10,209 bases of DNA. It comes from Azolla caroliniana. Lineage: Eukaryota; Plantae; Polypodiophyta. A program made the position numbers and the translations under genes. The notes beneath the pieces were generated by a model, which was not told the DNA's origin, did no database searches, and saw nothing but the letters and a program-made list of their open reading frames with translations. Positions 7,306 through 10,209 of the stretch are shown piece by piece (the stretch's first letter is position 1; each line of letters starts with the position of its first letter). Location of the stretch: the NCBI GenBank assembly GCA_043228905.1, contig JBHGNT010001291.1:1-10209 (forward strand), in the 5' to 3' direction.

Positions 7306-8649
7306 GATATTATGAGGAAAACATTCTCAATGCGCTTTAGCTGAAAAGGTCTTCAGATGCCAGTTGTCTGGTATATGTTATCATTGATATAAATCAAGGT
7401 GATTTATCTTTGAGATGAGTATGGCAACCCCATTGTTATCAGGCCATGTTTTCACTCTGGACATTTGTAGCTGGCTTGGCATCTCAGTTGTATAGTACCT
7501 AAAATATTGTATTCCCTCCCAAATTTGCAAATCTGCAAGTAAAATGTGGCGTCTAGCAAACATAATTTGTGAATGAATACTGGTGCTTCATTTCCTCTGT
7601 ATCTAATAAAAGAACCTGGTAGTTCCATGCCAATTTTCTGAATTGAGAGATGATTTTATGAAATATCGAACATTTGTCACTGCTTTAGATACTTCTATTG
7701 CACTTATTATCTTCGTTTTTGGCACTCTTAAATCTTACCAGATACGACGAAGCATGCGTGTCTTTCCATGGGTCTTAAGTAGGGGGATGACGGAGTTTAA
7801 AATGGAGATGTTGACCAACAATGAATATGTGGGAACTTTGGCTGAGTATGTAAAGTAACTGTAATCTGATTGATCCACTCAGTGTGTTATTGATTACTTT
7901 TACAATAACTGCTCTACCGAATACCTCTAATACTTTACCTGAAGGTGGATGGAAGTTCAAGGAAAAGAGCGTTGGAAAGTAACAATACTTGACAATGACT
8001 CTAGAAAGTAATTATACTTAACAATATGACTATTCATTTTTTTGAACGATGATTTTAGTAACCGGGATAGTTTTTTGCAGCAATAGTGAAGTGGAATGTA
8101 GGAGATTAATTTGGTTCCGCATGTATATGTTTTTGTTTATGTTTGATCTCATAGAAACTCATTGTTGGTATTTGGAAGTCCTTACGAGTTAGTTTACATG
8201 TCATGGATTTGACAAAGATGTCTTGTATGTGTATGGAGACCAAGAGAGTTGAGTTGTACCCAAAAATTGCATGAGCAAGACGGAAACCCCCCTCACTGAT
8301 GGCCTATCAATGGCTATCTAATTTGAATGAAGTTTTTGGCTTGTGGTTTAGATATTGACTAGGAGTTTATGGCCTTGCTAGAATGGGGACACGTTTTTAG
8401 CGTGTGTTTCCTCCACAATGATTTGGGTACATGCTTGTGCCACATTAAATAGAATGAACTCTATTCACACCAAGTGTTGTGACAGGAATGATAAACCAAC
8501 CAATTGCTTCATGATTGATGTAAGTTCAACATGTCAAACAATTCCCAAATTTGTGAGCTGCATTGGATATTCATAACACTTAAAACATATGTTGAAGTTA
8601 ACATCTTAATAGAATTGTAATGCCATATGGATAGGTAGATTTTATAATC

Positions 8650-9353
8650 TTGTCATGATGCATTCAGTGTGCAAGAAGGCCTCATTCACTGAGGAATTTA
8701 TTGATGCGTCATGAAGCAAATATTTTGGATCCTATTGAAACACAATTTTGCTTTTATGTGTCTTTTGGACTTTTTTGCTTGCTTCTATGTGATTCTAGTC
8801 GATGCGAGGAAATTTTTTAAACCTTAATAATGTATTTGGAGACCTTTCTACGACTAGATCTTAATGGGAAGTCGTCCTATCTCAAGGAGTGTTTCTATCT
8901 TTTGTTTTTCGGCTTGGAGAAATTGTTTAAGCAAATGCCTTTGGACATTTTCAAACTCTTTCCAAGTAGACTTACAGAGGGATGTTACAACCCAATACTC
9001 CCATCAAATCAAGAAGCATACGTGTCACCATAATGTTGAAAGGTGTTTTGTGAAGACACGACATTTAGTTTCTTCACCAGTGCATGTGTCCTCAAATGCA
9101 TAATATGCTCCTTCTCTTGTCTCTAAGTAGTAGATCACACATTTATTCAACTTATGATTTGAGGGAACTTCAATACAAAGATATTTAAAGCTCTCCACAC
9201 CCTCAAGTAGCTCATTATTGTACATAATGTATGGTTTATCCCTACCTTGGTTTTTCACAAACATAATTTTTGTTTTAGAGATATTGGCACCCAACTTAGT
9301 ATGCATGCAAAACTCTTCCAATGCCCTCATGCGTATCTCCTAAAGTATTTGCA
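8650..9353 (-). mobile_element. Non-LTR retrotransposon (RTE-like) fragment: C-terminal part of RT and downstream region
   Basis: ORF 9025-9330: MRALEEFC..LGANISKTKIMF...LEGVESFKYLCI (LxxNxxKTKxM and FKYLG thumb motifs). It continues after frameshifts as FNIMVTRMLL..VLG..IP, KSTWKEFENVQRHLL..FLQ and LLEIGRLPI. The lower boundary is approximate and the clade is tentative. Confidence 0.82.
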
Positions 9354-9358
9354 CTGAT

Positions 9359-9378
9359 GAGAGAGAGAGAGAGAGAGA
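9359..9378 (+). repeat. (GA)10 microsatellite within a purine tract extending to 9393
   Basis: Read directly from the sequence. Confidence 0.95.
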
Positions 9379-9779
9379 AGAAGAAAAAGAAAGTGATGAC
9401 GTGTCAATAATTGTGTTAAAACATGTTTTTGATGTAACTTTGTACTCCGAACTCCGCTTTTTATGATTTTTGGCTCATTGCAAAGCTCATTCAGAGGGCT
9501 TTTGAAGGATTATTTGGAAGTTCAGTTTCATGGACACTAAAAGAAGCTACAAGGAAAATTGTCATCGTCTCAGGTTAGTTCTCTCAATCTCTGTTAGGAT
9601 TTTTGACATGACAATAGGAAGTGCGTTGATGATTGTCGATGGATGTGGTAGTAATGATGGTTATGACAATTACAAAAAACATTATATGCTGCTATTCTTG
9701 GTGGGAAAGATGTTATTGGGGATGATTATATGATATTGACAATCGTTGTGGTTTTGTTAAGGCTTTGCTTTTAGATTTT

Positions 9780-10209
9780 ATGGAAAAAATTGAGAAAGAT
9801 GCTAAAAATTGTGTGGAAGAGTATGTTGTAGAGGTGGTGATGGAGACCAAGTCAATGTTAGCAACTTTTGACAGGTTCTATGATGGTGGTGTTATTTTGT
9901 ATTTCACTCGTAAACTTCCTTTGATATCATGGATTAAGTAGTGGTTGAATTAATTTATAATGCCTAATTGTGTTGAGGATGTGTATGTGGGTCCAAGAGG
10001 TTTCTATGATGTAGTTTTTCAATTGTTAGAACACCATACGACTTTGATGACAAAGGTACCAATCTTTTTTGATAGAAGATTAGTGCATGTGATGGAACGA
10101 GTTCCGCTAGTGGATTATAAAGATTGATTAAAACAACAATGTCCAATTTGGGTGACTGTTTATTGTAGTAACTCATTCTTTTGGGATTTACTACTAGAAT
10201 TGATGTCTC
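9780..10209 (+). mobile_element. Degenerate plant L1 LINE ORF1 (DUF4283/RRM-like), runs off the window
   Basis: One frame from ATG 9780: ...GGVILYFTRKLPLISWIK*WLN*FIMPNCVEDVYVGPRGFYDVVFQ...KVPIFFDRRLVHVMERVPLVDYKD*LKQQCPIWVTVY..FFWDLL. The GF..V.F, P.FF and PIWV motifs fit DUF4283. Stops at 9939, 9951 and 10125. The element may begin further upstream (about 9400-9700; LYAAIL near 9685). Confidence 0.72.

Noticed and set aside
7381-7960. ORFs 7381-7563, 7643-7858 and 7775-7960 as small genes
   Set aside because: Short, with no recognisable motif and mostly non-ATG starts; consistent with chance ORFs in 3' flanking DNA.
9398-9405. ABRE-like GACGTGTC
   Set aside because: A single short motif between two LINE remnants with no host gene start nearby; expected by chance.
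1-10209. A novel multi-gene biological system
   Set aside because: Nearly all coding signal is explained by known plant retroelement domains plus three exons of a known transporter family. No unexplained intact ORF cluster remains.

Overview
Plant (eukaryotic) genomic DNA, probably from a large-genome lineage such as a fern or lycophyte (inferred from the TE types). The window holds the last three coding exons of an intact-looking cation diffusion facilitator gene resembling Arabidopsis MTP5/MTPC2 (+ strand, 6780-7305); the ORF track misses them because they are spliced. Upstream, apparently inside one very large intron, lies a stack of decayed retrotransposons. A Tat-type Ty3/gypsy pol on the minus strand (degenerate RNase H, archaeal-type RNase H, integrase zinc finger) is interrupted by a 343-bp solo LTR with a perfect ACCAC target-site duplication. 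It is interrupted again by a 3'-truncated Tnt1/Tork-like Ty1/copia element (+ strand, 1359-5612). A short chromovirus-like gag scrap follows. Downstream of the gene are an RTE-like LINE RT fragment (-), a (GA)10 microsatellite and a degenerate L1 ORF1 (DUF4283-like, +). I see no evidence of a new biological system; the interest lies in the insertion and deletion history that can be reconstructed. Family assignments come from recalled protein motifs, not database searches.
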